NCBI GenBank assembly: GCA_020638055.1
Contig: JACKJH010000001.1
Coordinates: forward strand, 863,520 to 927,519
Direction of reading: 5' to 3'
DNA length: 64,000 nucleotides
From: Hyphomicrobiaceae bacterium
Lineage (GTDB): Bacteria > Pseudomonadota > Alphaproteobacteria > Rhizobiales > Hyphomicrobiaceae
Shown: positions 1 to 8,521 of the stretch, in pieces
How the letters are laid out: the number at the start of each line of letters is the position of its first letter
Position numbering within the stretch: position 1 is the stretch's first letter
Position numbers and translations under genes: made by a program
The notes under the pieces: generated by a model
The model's input: only the letters and a program-made list of their open reading frames with translations
Told to the model about the DNA's origin: nothing
Databases searched by the model: none

Positions 1-1037
1 GCTGTGAAATGTGGGACGCGCCAGCCTCGTCCACTGCTTTGGCAAAGCGCTCTTTTATGCGGGTTATCAGTTCGGGTCCTTGGTAGATAAGACCTGTATA
101 AAGCTGGATGAGGGACGCGCCTGCCTCGATCTTTGCGAGTGCTGTTGCAGGGCTGTCGATCCCACCAATTCCGATCAGAGGTATGCTGCCTTCGGTCATC
201 TGGTGGACGCGCGCGAGAATAACCGTGGCCCGGTGGAAAAGTGGTCGTCCGGAAAGTCCGCCGGCTTGGCTCCGGTTGGAATCGGTGAGCCCGTCGCGCG
301 CAAGCGTCGTGTTTGATATGGCGATGGCATCGACGCGGTGGCTTGCAAGTTGTTGGGTGATTGCGGGCAAGTCTTCCAAGGCGACATCAGGAGCGATTTT
401 TACAACTATTGGCCGGTTGGGTTTTCCCCTTGCCACATTTGCGGTGCGGGCTTTCATGACGCCAGACAATAGCTCGCCGAGTGCGGCGGGTGCCTGCAAG
501 TCGCGCAATCCTGGCGTGTTGGGTGATGAGATATTTACGGTGAAGTAGCTGGCAACGTCGTAGAAGGCTTCGAGACCAGCGATGTAGTCGGCGTTGCGGT
601 CGTGGCTGTCCTTGTTGGCCCCGATATTCACGCCGACGATGCCGCCGTAACCTTGTTCCAAGCGCTTTTTCAAACGCGAAAGGGCGGGGGCGTGGCCCGC
701 GTTGTTGAACCCGAGACGGTTGATGACGGCATTGTCATCAACAAGCCTGAAAATGCGTGGTTTGGGATTGCCTGGTTGCGGTAGCGGCGTGACGGTTCCG
801 ATTTCGGCAAATCCGCAACCAAAGCCCAGCACGGCGTCCGGCACACGCGCGTCCTTATCAAAGCCTGCTGCAATGCCAACCGGGTTTGGGAATTCGAGCC
901 CGGCCAGTCCAACCTGCAAACACTCTGGATCTGCGTTCGAGGATTTCAGGTATAAGCCGCGCTCCAACGATTTCAGTGTGACCTCGTGGGCTGTTTCTGG
1001 ATCGAAGGTGAACAGCAGTGGGCGCGCGAGGTGATAG
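1..1037 (-). CDS. pyrD: dihydroorotate dehydrogenase (quinone), class 2; C-terminus runs off the window start
   Basis: Reverse-strand translation from ATG at 1035-1037 gives MPNLYHLARPLLF...GFDKDARVPDAVLGFGCGFAEIGTVTPLPQPGNPKPRIFRL..INRLGFNNAGH, which are canonical DHODH motifs. It is absent from the ORF track, probably because there is no stop inside the window. Confidence 0.85.
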
Positions 1038-1049
1038 AGATTTGGCATT

Positions 1050-1421
1050 TCATGCACCTGGGTCTGCAAGAGCGGTAGCCACCTGGGGGACGCCGTCGTG
1101 TGCGAGTAAAAGCTCTCTTGCCCAAACGGCCTTGTTCACCTGGAGAGGGCCGTAAAAGTGCGGAAAAAGTTCACCACCGCGCGAAGGCTCCCACTTCAGT
1201 GCCTCACCGAGGGTGTCGAGGTCAAAGGCAATCAATAGCAATCCGCTCTGGCCAGCAAAGTGTTTGCGTGCAGTGCCAGCCAGTTGAGTCGCCGTGGAAA
1301 AGTGTATGAAGCCATCGCGAACATCGTCGGGGGAACCAAAATAGGTTCCGTTAGCGAGGGCCTCGTTCCAGGAGGCACTATCAGCGATTTTGTAAATGAG
1401 AGCGGAATTGGGTTTCGGCAT
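1050..1421 (-). CDS. DUF952-family small protein
   Basis: 123-aa ORF with a GFIHFST motif. DUF952 proteins commonly sit next to pyrD in alphaproteobacteria. Confidence 0.5.
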   Translation of the reverse strand: MPKPNSALIYKIADSASWNEALANGTYFGSPDDVRDGFIHFSTATQLAGTARKHFAGQSGLLLIAFDLDTLGEALKWEPSRGGELFPHFYGPLQVNKAVWARELLLAHDGVPQVATALADPGA

Positions 1422-1469
1422 CGAGATTCTCGTTGGATGATTTTCGGGTCAATTGCGATGGATGTGACA

Positions 1470-1544
1470 AGTGTGGCGTCGCGCCTTAGTTGATCGATGT
1501 TGCGGCACGCTGGGTATCAACTAAGGCGCGATAAACGCCACACT
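1470..1544. repeat. imperfect long inverted repeat (hairpin) in a lower-GC intergenic region
   Basis: agtgtggcgtcgcgccttagttgat ... atcaactaaggcgcgataaacgccacact. A 15-bp perfect core plus a 9-bp outer arm, with a 21-nt loop. Confidence 0.5.
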
Positions 1545-1861
1545 AAGCCAATGATTTTTCTAGTGGCCTTCATGTCGCTCCAAAATTGTATGCGGTTGCG
1601 GCTATGTTTCAATTTTGGCGCGACAGGCCACAAGTGCGAAATAGGCGTGCGTTGCAAGCCCGTTAAGTATATACCTTTTGAGGATAACTTGCGGGTGATT
1701 GATAGTGCGCCAACGCACTTGTGTTACGTGCACGGCTACATCACTGGCATAGCCAATCAGGTGCTGGCGGTGGCAACGGGGCTGATGGCGACTATATTAC
1801 CTGCAATTCGGAGGGGGTGCCGCGTTCGCGTTGCGTACTCACTTGCGCGTAAACGGTAGAG

Positions 1862-3652
1862 TTGGAAGAGTTGCGATGTATGCGCGGTTGCGTTTGGCCT
1901 CGGTGTCGTTGGGGGGAGCTGTTCTCGGGTCGTGCGGTTTATAGCATGCCGGGCTTTCAGCGACGGTTCGATTGGGGGCCGGATGAGGCAATCCAGCTCC
2001 TGGACGATATCTTGCGGGCTGCAGCCATCGATACGGCCGAGGACGATCGCGATTCGGCTGATCCGGATTACTTTCTCGGCACGCTTTTATTGCTGACAAA
2101 CCCAGGCAATCCATTGCCGGGCTCGCGTGGCGACGACGCCGGCGGCTTGATTGGATATGAAATCATCGACGGGCAACAGCGGTTGACGACCTTGACCGTA
2201 TTGTTTGCCGTGCTGCGTGACCTGGGTGCCACGACTGATCGTAAAGTTGCGCCGCTGATCGAGATATTGGAGGCGGAGGCGCGTAATTCACCGTTGCCGT
2301 CATATCGAATTCAGCTCAATGGACGCGACAGGCATCTGTTCCGGCGCTTCGTGCAGAAGCATGGTGGCACATTAATCCAGCCGGACGATTTGGCTGACGA
2401 AGTTTGTATTGCGTCATGCAAGTTGCTCGCCGTCCGCGAAGCGCTCCTGGTGGCGTTGCGGCAATACGAGCCGGCACAGCGGATTGCGCTGCTGAAGTAC
2501 CTCGTTGAAAAATGTCATGTTGTCGTGACGCTTTCTCACGACCTGGAGCGCGCTCACCGCCTGTTTACCGTGCTGAACGAGCGCGGCAAGCCTCTCCGCG
2601 GCAACGACATCATCAAGGTCGAGTTGCTTGGATCTCTGGCGACGTCCGAGCGGGAATATGCGAGCGAAAAATGGGATGAGATTGAGCGGTTGCTCGACGA
2701 CTCTTTTGAAGTTTTCTTTGGCCATCTAAGAGCCGTGAAAGGCCGGCGTCGAGGCTCCATGGTGGACGGCTTGAGAAGCATGATCCGGGAAGCGGGTGGT
2801 GCGCGGGTCTTCGTTGACGATGTGCTTTTGCCCTATGCCCATATCTATGCACGCATGCGTTCGTGCCGCAGGGGGCCTTTGCCGGTGGGTGACCCGCTTT
2901 CATTGCACCTTCATTATTTGTGGCGCTTGCGCGGCGAGGAATGGGTGCCCGCCGTGCTTGTGGCTCTCAAAACATATGCTGATGCGCCGGAGGTCGAACT
3001 GGCTTTGGTGAGAGCCATTGATCGGATCGCTCATATCACGCGAATCTTGTGTGAAGGAAGCGGACGGCGGACGACTTTGTTTGGTCAAGTCGTTAAAGCG
3101 ATAGACTCGGGCGAAGCCAAGGATGGCTCAGCCAAAGTTTTTTCGATATCACGCGAGAAGGTTCGCAACATCAAGTTCCACCTGCGTGACCTGTATCGCC
3201 GCAATCAGCCAATCTGCAAGCTCGTCTTGTTGCGCATCAACGATCATATTTCGCAAACCGTTACGCTTGTCGATCCAGCCGTGCTGAGCGTGGAGCATGT
3301 GCTGCCGCACCGTCCGTCTGTGACCAGCGGTTGGCGGGTGCTTTTTGCAGATCCGGAGATTCGCGAGGCTGCTACGCAGTCTCTCGGCAACCTCACACTG
3401 CTGCCGGAAAAGCTCAATGACCGGATTCGCAATCGGGATTTTGCCGACAAACGTGAGCACATTGTCACGCATTTCGGGGATGCGGATTTGCTTGGTGTGG
3501 TAAGCGATGTTGTCAGCGCCGAGGCTTGGGACCGTGTGGTTATAGCGGCCCGCGAAGCCAGGTTTCTCGATGCGTTAAGCGAAATAATCGGAATCGATGT
3601 GCGCGATGCGGCTGTGGGCCAACGTAGCGATGCCATGGATGCTGCTGAATGA
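1862..3652 (+). CDS. GmrSD-like nuclease: DUF262 (ParB-like NTPase/nuclease, DGQQR motif) N-terminal domain plus DUF1524 (His-Me finger) C-terminal domain
   Basis: The N-terminal part contains PGFQRRFDW and EIIDGQQRLTTL. The C-terminal part contains EHVLPHRP...LGNLTLLPEKLNDRIRNRDFADK. The start may instead be the internal ATG near 1946. Confidence 0.8.
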   Translation: MEELRCMRGCVWPRCRWGELFSGRAVYSMPGFQRRFDWGPDEAIQLLDDILRAAAIDTAEDDRDSADPDYFLGTLLLLTNPGNPLPGSRGDDAGGLIGYEIIDGQQRLTTLTVLFAVLRDLGATTDRKVAPLIEILEAEARNSPLPSYRIQLNGRDRHLFRRFVQKHGGTLIQPDDLADEVCIASCKLLAVREALLVALRQYEPAQRIALLKYLVEKCHVVVTLSHDLERAHRLFTVLNERGKPLRGNDIIKVELLGSLATSEREYASEKWDEIERLLDDSFEVFFGHLRAVKGRRRGSMVDGLRSMIREAGGARVFVDDVLLPYAHIYARMRSCRRGPLPVGDPLSLHLHYLWRLRGEEWVPAVLVALKTYADAPEVELALVRAIDRIAHITRILCEGSGRRTTLFGQVVKAIDSGEAKDGSAKVFSISREKVRNIKFHLRDLYRRNQPICKLVLLRINDHISQTVTLVDPAVLSVEHVLPHRPSVTSGWRVLFADPEIREAATQSLGNLTLLPEKLNDRIRNRDFADKREHIVTHFGDADLLGVVSDVVSAEAWDRVVIAAREARFLDALSEIIGIDVRDAAVGQRSDAMDAAE

Positions 3653-3705
3653 GGAAGACCAGCGAGCCATTTGATGGTGAACCAGAGTGGTGTGTCGCGT
3701 GTCGG

Positions 3706-5400
3706 TCATTTGGCCTCTGCAAGATCCCCAGATAACCCCTTGGCTATAAGGGCACGCGTTTCTTCGATGCCATAGAGCTCGATGAACGATCCAAAGCGGG
3801 GGCCCTGGCTTGAACCAAGTAGAACTTCATAGATGGCCTGGAACCACTGGCGTAACGAATCTTTGGTGTAGCCGTTGTCCTTGCCTGCGTCGTAGACGAT
3901 GTTTTGCAGGGTTTTTGCATCTGCATTGGCAGGTGCATCAGCCAGTGCCTGGTCTAGGGCCATCAGGGCTGTTCGTTCTTCTGGCGTGGGTGCGCGAAAG
4001 ACCTTGGTTGGCGCAACAAAGTCTTCGTAATACCTCACCGCGTAGCCTGCGAGTTGATCCAGCAGTGGGTGCTGATCGGCGGTCGCGTCCGGTGCGATGC
4101 GACGAATGAAGCCCCATAGTACGTCTTTATCATGGGCGTTGGAGGCAGCGACGAGATTCAAGAGCAACGCGAATGTTATGGGGATCTCGGCTGACGGCGG
4201 GTTGCCGGTGTGGATGTGCCAGGCGGGATTGTCGAGCTGCTGTTTTTCATCCAGTCCGGGATATGATGCGATGTGCTGCAGATAGTCGTCGACAGTTCTC
4301 GGGATGACATCGAAATAGAGGCGCTTTGCCGCCTTAGGCTTTTGATACATGAACAGCGACAGGCTTTGCGGGCTTGCGTAGCGCAGCCATTCCTCAATGG
4401 TCAGGCCGTTGCCCTTCGACTTGGAAATTTTCTGACCTTTGTCGTCAAGGAACAGTTCATAGTTGAACCCTTCCGGCGGTGTGCCGCCGAGCGCCTTGCA
4501 GATTCTGGAAGACAGGGTAACGCTTTCGATCAAGTCCTTACCAGCCATTTCGTAGTCGATACCAAGCGCGGTCCAGCGCATGGCCCAATCCGCTTTCCAC
4601 TGACATTTGACGCGTCCACCTGTGACAGGGGTGGTTACCTGATCTGAGGTTTCCGGATCGATGTAGGTGACTGTTCCGGCGGCGGGATCACGGGCAATCA
4701 TCGGGACCTGCAGAACCTTGCCTGTGCGTTGGCAAACAGGAAGGAATGGCGAATAGGTGGCGCGGCGCTCGGCTCCCAGCGTCGGCAGGATGATGTCCAT
4801 CACCTTGTCGTAGACCGAAAGCATCTTGAGAAGCGTCGCGTCCATCATGCCGGAGCGATAACACTCGGTTGCGGACAGAAACTCGTAATCAAACCCGAAC
4901 TGATCGAGAAAGGCTTTGAGCCGCGCGTTGTTGTGATGGGCGAAGCTCTGATGTGTGCCGAAAGGATCGGGAACGCTGGTCAGTGGCTTGTCGAGAGCTG
5001 CTTGCAGAAGCTCCTTGTTGGGGACATTGTCGGGCACCTTTCGAAGTCCGTCCATGTCGTCGGAAAAACAGACCAGCCGCGTTTTCTGCCTGCCCTGCGT
5101 CAAGACTTCGAATGCGTGGCGCACCATTGAAGTCCGTGCGACTTCGCCGAACGTGCCAATATGTGGCAAGCCCGAAGGACCATAGCCGGTTTCAAAAACG
5201 ACGGTTCTTTCTGAGCCGCGGGGCAGTCGCTCCAACCGTTTGATCAGCCGACGTGCCTCTTCGAAAGGCCAGGCTTTGGCGTTGGAGAGAAGTTCTAGAG
5301 GTATGGAGCCCGACGTGGTGTTTAAGGCATCGGATCGGGTGGTGGTCGTCATTGGCTTATCTCTGGTGGCGGCGGTTGGGCGTGGACCCTCGTCGCGCAA
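3706..5400 (-). CDS. lysK: lysine--tRNA ligase, class I type
   Basis: A HIGH-like PHIGTFGE motif and a KMSKS-like KISKSKG motif. Length and architecture fit class I LysRS. The start may be the internal Met (MTTTTRSD, about 5355). Confidence 0.8.
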   Translation of the reverse strand: MRDEGPRPTAATRDKPMTTTTRSDALNTTSGSIPLELLSNAKAWPFEEARRLIKRLERLPRGSERTVVFETGYGPSGLPHIGTFGEVARTSMVRHAFEVLTQGRQKTRLVCFSDDMDGLRKVPDNVPNKELLQAALDKPLTSVPDPFGTHQSFAHHNNARLKAFLDQFGFDYEFLSATECYRSGMMDATLLKMLSVYDKVMDIILPTLGAERRATYSPFLPVCQRTGKVLQVPMIARDPAAGTVTYIDPETSDQVTTPVTGGRVKCQWKADWAMRWTALGIDYEMAGKDLIESVTLSSRICKALGGTPPEGFNYELFLDDKGQKISKSKGNGLTIEEWLRYASPQSLSLFMYQKPKAAKRLYFDVIPRTVDDYLQHIASYPGLDEKQQLDNPAWHIHTGNPPSAEIPITFALLLNLVAASNAHDKDVLWGFIRRIAPDATADQHPLLDQLAGYAVRYYEDFVAPTKVFRAPTPEERTALMALDQALADAPANADAKTLQNIVYDAGKDNGYTKDSLRQWFQAIYEVLLGSSQGPRFGSFIELYGIEETRALIAKGLSGDLAEAK

Positions 5401-5631
5401 GAGGTAAAGTGGCGTCCTGGCGAATGGGTTGCGGCACCCTATTGAGGGGCATGCGACGCGTCAATCTCCGGCCCGCCGTTATGGGCATCTTGAACGCGCA
5501 TTTCCAAACCGGCTTTGACGCGGGGTTTACGCCCGCAGCAGGTTGGGTTTAGAGCTTCGCGTGCGTTATATCGGGATCGGTTGAGCCGCGCGACGCAGCG
5601 GTCGGCCGCGCCAGCACGACCCGCAGGGCGG

Positions 5632-5720
5632 GGTGAAAATGATGACAGTCTGTCTCGTGCCGTTGGCCCGATGTCCCACATCGAACTACACGGCTCTCCT
5701 GGCCTGTCATCATTTTCACC
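5632..5720. repeat. 89-bp element bounded by perfect 17-bp inverted repeats
   Basis: ggtgaaaatgatgacag (5632-5648) and ctgtcatcattttcacc (5704-5720) flank a 55-bp spacer in the lysK-terB divergent intergenic region. Confidence 0.6.
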
Positions 5721-5754
5721 TCCGTGCCGGCCATACCATCGTGAAAAAGGCGGG
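5711..5754. repeat. hairpin copy 1 carrying the conserved motif ggccataccatcgtgaaaaaggcgg
   Basis: A 7-bp stem ttttcac/gtgaaaa with a loop containing ccggccataccatc. The same 26-nt motif recurs at 8241-8288. Confidence 0.5.
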
Positions 5755-5794
5755 CTTTAGAAACAGAATTGGTTCCGATATATCGCACGACGCC

Positions 5795-5939
5795 CTAGTG
5801 TTCCGACTCTGACGCTTGGTTCCCTGTCGGGGCCCGACGCGACAGCCCGGAACCCTAGCATTCTCATTGTTTGTGTTCTGGATTCACGATCGTTTGACGA
5901 CCTTTGCCCGGGAATCAAACGTTCGATCCAGAACATTAG
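5795..5939. repeat. module A copy 1: 145-bp MITE-like element with 9-bp terminal inverted repeats
   Basis: ctagtgttc...gaacattag termini with internal imperfect hairpins. A near-identical copy lies at 16704-16848. Both copies generate spurious ORFs on both strands. Confidence 0.7.
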
Positions 5940-5965
5940 CTGAAGGGGTAGGAATCGAGGCAAGC

Positions 5966-6379
5966 ATGCAAACTTTATTAAAGCCCGAACAGGCGCTGAT
6001 CTACGCAATGATTGCGGTATCAGCCGTAGACAGGTCCATGTCCGATGCAGAATTGAAGCGGATCGGCGCGATGGTGCGGGAACTGCCGGTGTTTGGAAAA
6101 TACGACGATACCTGGCTTGTGGATGAAGCCCGCGAGTGTGGGGCGCTTTTGGCACAGGAAGGCGGGTTGCGGCGGGTGCTGGACCTGGTGACGGCGGGGC
6201 TGCCGGAACATTTGCGTGAGACGGCATACGTGCTTTCAGCAGAAGTTGCCATCAGCGATCGCCGGATCGCCTCGGAAGAGATTCGATTCCTGGACTTGCT
6301 GGCGGAAGCGTTGTCTATCGACAAGTTGACCTGTGCAGCGCTTGAACGGGCAGCAAGTGCGCGTCAGCAAAAGCAGTGA
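5966..6379 (+). CDS. tellurite-resistance TerB-family protein
   Basis: About 138 aa from MQTLLKPEQALIYAMIAVSAVDRSMSDAELKRI. This matches TerB-like helical repeats. The upstream part of the track ORF is read-through of the A repeat. Confidence 0.6.
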   Translation: MQTLLKPEQALIYAMIAVSAVDRSMSDAELKRIGAMVRELPVFGKYDDTWLVDEARECGALLAQEGGLRRVLDLVTAGLPEHLRETAYVLSAEVAISDRRIASEEIRFLDLLAEALSIDKLTCAALERAASARQQKQ

Positions 6380-6486
6380 GCGGGTTCGAAAAACGCTTGT
6401 GTTGACGACTATCTGTTTGGAGCCGTGTTTTTCACACCGAACCGAGGCTCACTTCAGCTACATAATATACGCTATATTTCACGACG

Positions 6487-7164
6487 CTATTGGACATGCT
6501 TGAAACGTAGCGCAAAGTTGGCAATCGCGTCGGCTGCAGAATTCAAGTTGGTTTCGTGATTGGTGGGGGCGCCGCGGGGCGGTTTCAGGTCGTGGTTACC
6601 TTGCGTGATCCAGGCGAAGGTTATTTGGCTGGAAAGTTTATAGCTTACTACTTCATTGCGCGTACCGAATGGGTCGCGATCCCCCTGGACGATCAGCAGT
6701 GGCGTTGCAAAGTGTTGGAGGTGAGCTGTGCGGAGCTTGTCGGTTTTTTGGGGTGGGTGGAACGGGTAGCCTAGCGCAACTGCCGCTTTTATGGTGCCCG
6801 CCTTGAACAAATCGTCTGCCACCATGGTGGCGATGCGTCCGCCCATCGACTTGCCGCCGATAAGTAGCGGCAGAGGCGGGACCTTCCTGTCATTATTCAA
6901 TAGCTCGACGGCCGTGGCATATTCCTCGATGAGCCGTTCGGCGCGTGGTGGAGGCCGGCGGATATGGTCCGTTTTGCGTGCAGCCATATAGGCGAACTCG
7001 AATCTGCTGACAGCCACGCCGCGCGCGGTGAGAAGTTCGGTGATTTGAGTCATGAACGGGCTGGTCATGGGTGCGCCGGCGCCGTGGGCCAGAAGGAGGC
7101 GGGCGAAGGCCGGTTTTACTTCAGGATGGTCATGAAGCAGGTTGATTGGAGATGTTGGGTTCAT
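6487..7164 (-). CDS. alpha/beta-fold hydrolase (KANL3/Tex30-like)
   Basis: GKSMGG nucleophile elbow, about 225 aa. Confidence 0.6.
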   Translation of the reverse strand: MNPTSPINLLHDHPEVKPAFARLLLAHGAGAPMTSPFMTQITELLTARGVAVSRFEFAYMAARKTDHIRRPPPRAERLIEEYATAVELLNNDRKVPPLPLLIGGKSMGGRIATMVADDLFKAGTIKAAVALGYPFHPPQKTDKLRTAHLQHFATPLLIVQGDRDPFGTRNEVVSYKLSSQITFAWITQGNHDLKPPRGAPTNHETNLNSAADAIANFALRFKHVQ

Positions 7165-7409
7165 GAACTTTGACTTTGCCGGGACGATCGTGCGGAAAAT
7201 GGCATTTTTGACGCGTGCGGGGCGGTCTGCTGGTGGCGGTTCGTTGCGGTGCAGGGTCGCACTGACGCTATTGTGAGGGTCGCGCTCGGTGTCGAGCGCA
7301 TTATATGTAAAAAGTGCAATATGTAGAAATCGTAGCGGTCGTCTGATGGTGCAAAGGCACTATCGATTTTGGCGACTTTCTTATTTGGCGCGAATGAGAG
7401 AAGCGGTCC

Positions 7410-8240
7410 ATGCAACTTTTCCAGCCGGATGGAACGGTAACTGAGGCGACGCTACGGCTGGGTGTGTTTCTGGCTGTATTCGCAGTGATGGCTGCGGCTG
7501 AAGCGCTCCTGCCAAAGCGGAGGCTCAGCTATCCAAAAGGCCGCAGGTGGATCACGAACCTGGCGATTGTCGCTTTTGACAGTGCCGTTGTTCGCCTGAT
7601 GGCTGCATTGACCGTGCCGTTGGTGGCGGTGGCAGCGGCGATGTATGCGGGCACTCAGGGCTGGGGGTTATTCAACTGGCTGGACTTGCCATACTGGCTG
7701 GAATTACTCCTGGCGCTGGTCATTCTCGATCTGGCGATCTGGTTTCAGCACCTTGTTTCACACAAGGTACCGCTGTTCTGGCGTCTGCACCAGATGCATC
7801 ACGCCGACGTCGACTTTGACGTGACTACGGCCATCCGTTTCCATCCGATTGAGATCGCTCTGTCGATGCTTTGGAAAATCGTATGTGTGGTTGCGATTGG
7901 CGCTTCGCCTGAAGCCGTCATTCTGTTTGAGATTATTTTGAACGGGTGCGCTATTTTCAATCATGCAAATGTGGCTTTGCCCGTGGGCGTGGACCGCTTT
8001 CTGCGCGCGTTTATAGTTACGCCAGATATGCACAGAGTGCATCACTCCGTGCTGAGCCATGAGCACAACAGCAATTATGGATTCAATCTGTCGATCTGGG
8101 ACCGGCTATTTGGCACCTACACGCCGCAGCCAGAAAACGGGCATGAGGGAATGACGATTGGACTAAGTCCATATCAGAACGATAATCCAACGCGGTTTTC
8201 ATGGAGCCTTCTGCTGCCGTTTCGCAGCCTGCGTCGCTAG
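7410..8240 (+). CDS. sterol desaturase / fatty-acid hydroxylase superfamily membrane protein
   Basis: His boxes HQMHH and HRVHH, with several TM segments. Confidence 0.75.
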   Translation: MQLFQPDGTVTEATLRLGVFLAVFAVMAAAEALLPKRRLSYPKGRRWITNLAIVAFDSAVVRLMAALTVPLVAVAAAMYAGTQGWGLFNWLDLPYWLELLLALVILDLAIWFQHLVSHKVPLFWRLHQMHHADVDFDVTTAIRFHPIEIALSMLWKIVCVVAIGASPEAVILFEIILNGCAIFNHANVALPVGVDRFLRAFIVTPDMHRVHHSVLSHEHNSNYGFNLSIWDRLFGTYTPQPENGHEGMTIGLSPYQNDNPTRFSWSLLLPFRSLRR

Positions 8241-8288
8241 CCCGCCTTTCTCACGAGGGCACGGCCATACCATCGTGAGAAAGGCGGC
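8241..8288 (+). terminator. hairpin copy 2: 15-bp stem directly after the desaturase stop codon, sharing its loop motif with 5711-5754
   Basis: cccgcctttctcacg-agggcacggccataccat-cgtgagaaaggcggc. A T-rich stretch follows about 25 nt downstream. Confidence 0.4.
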
Positions 8289-8521
8289 TGGGCGTGGCGA
8301 AATTCTTTGGTTTTTATGGCCTTGCACACCGCGGCTGATTTTTAACGAAAGCTGGCAGTTGAAGCGCGGTATTGCGCCTGTTTTGGGTATATGTTTGGGT
8401 CAGGCGTCTTGAGTATCAAAATTTCGCCAAATACCAAGATATGGTCAGGATATGTCGTTTTAATCGTGCTTATTAGATTTCGTTCATTCCAGTTGGCATT
8501 CAGGTCGCACACGTTGAGGGA

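Noticed and set aside
108-548. Plus-strand ORFs in the first kilobase (11-316, 108-548, 702-1034)
   Set aside because: They are antisense to pyrD, whose reverse-strand translation carries unmistakable DHODH motifs.
1421-5400. Treating pyrD-to-lysK as a mobile genomic island
   Set aside because: There is no integrase, no direct repeats and no GC shift in the nuclease gene itself. Only the leader is lower in GC. It is kept as a possible one-gene insertion instead.
5757-6227. ORFs spanning the A repeats (5757-6227 minus, 16642-16911 minus, 16725-17039 plus, N-terminal part of 5816-6379)
   Set aside because: Near-identical 'protein' segments arise from the repeated DNA element itself. There is no coding signature, and they overlap real genes or intergenic repeats.
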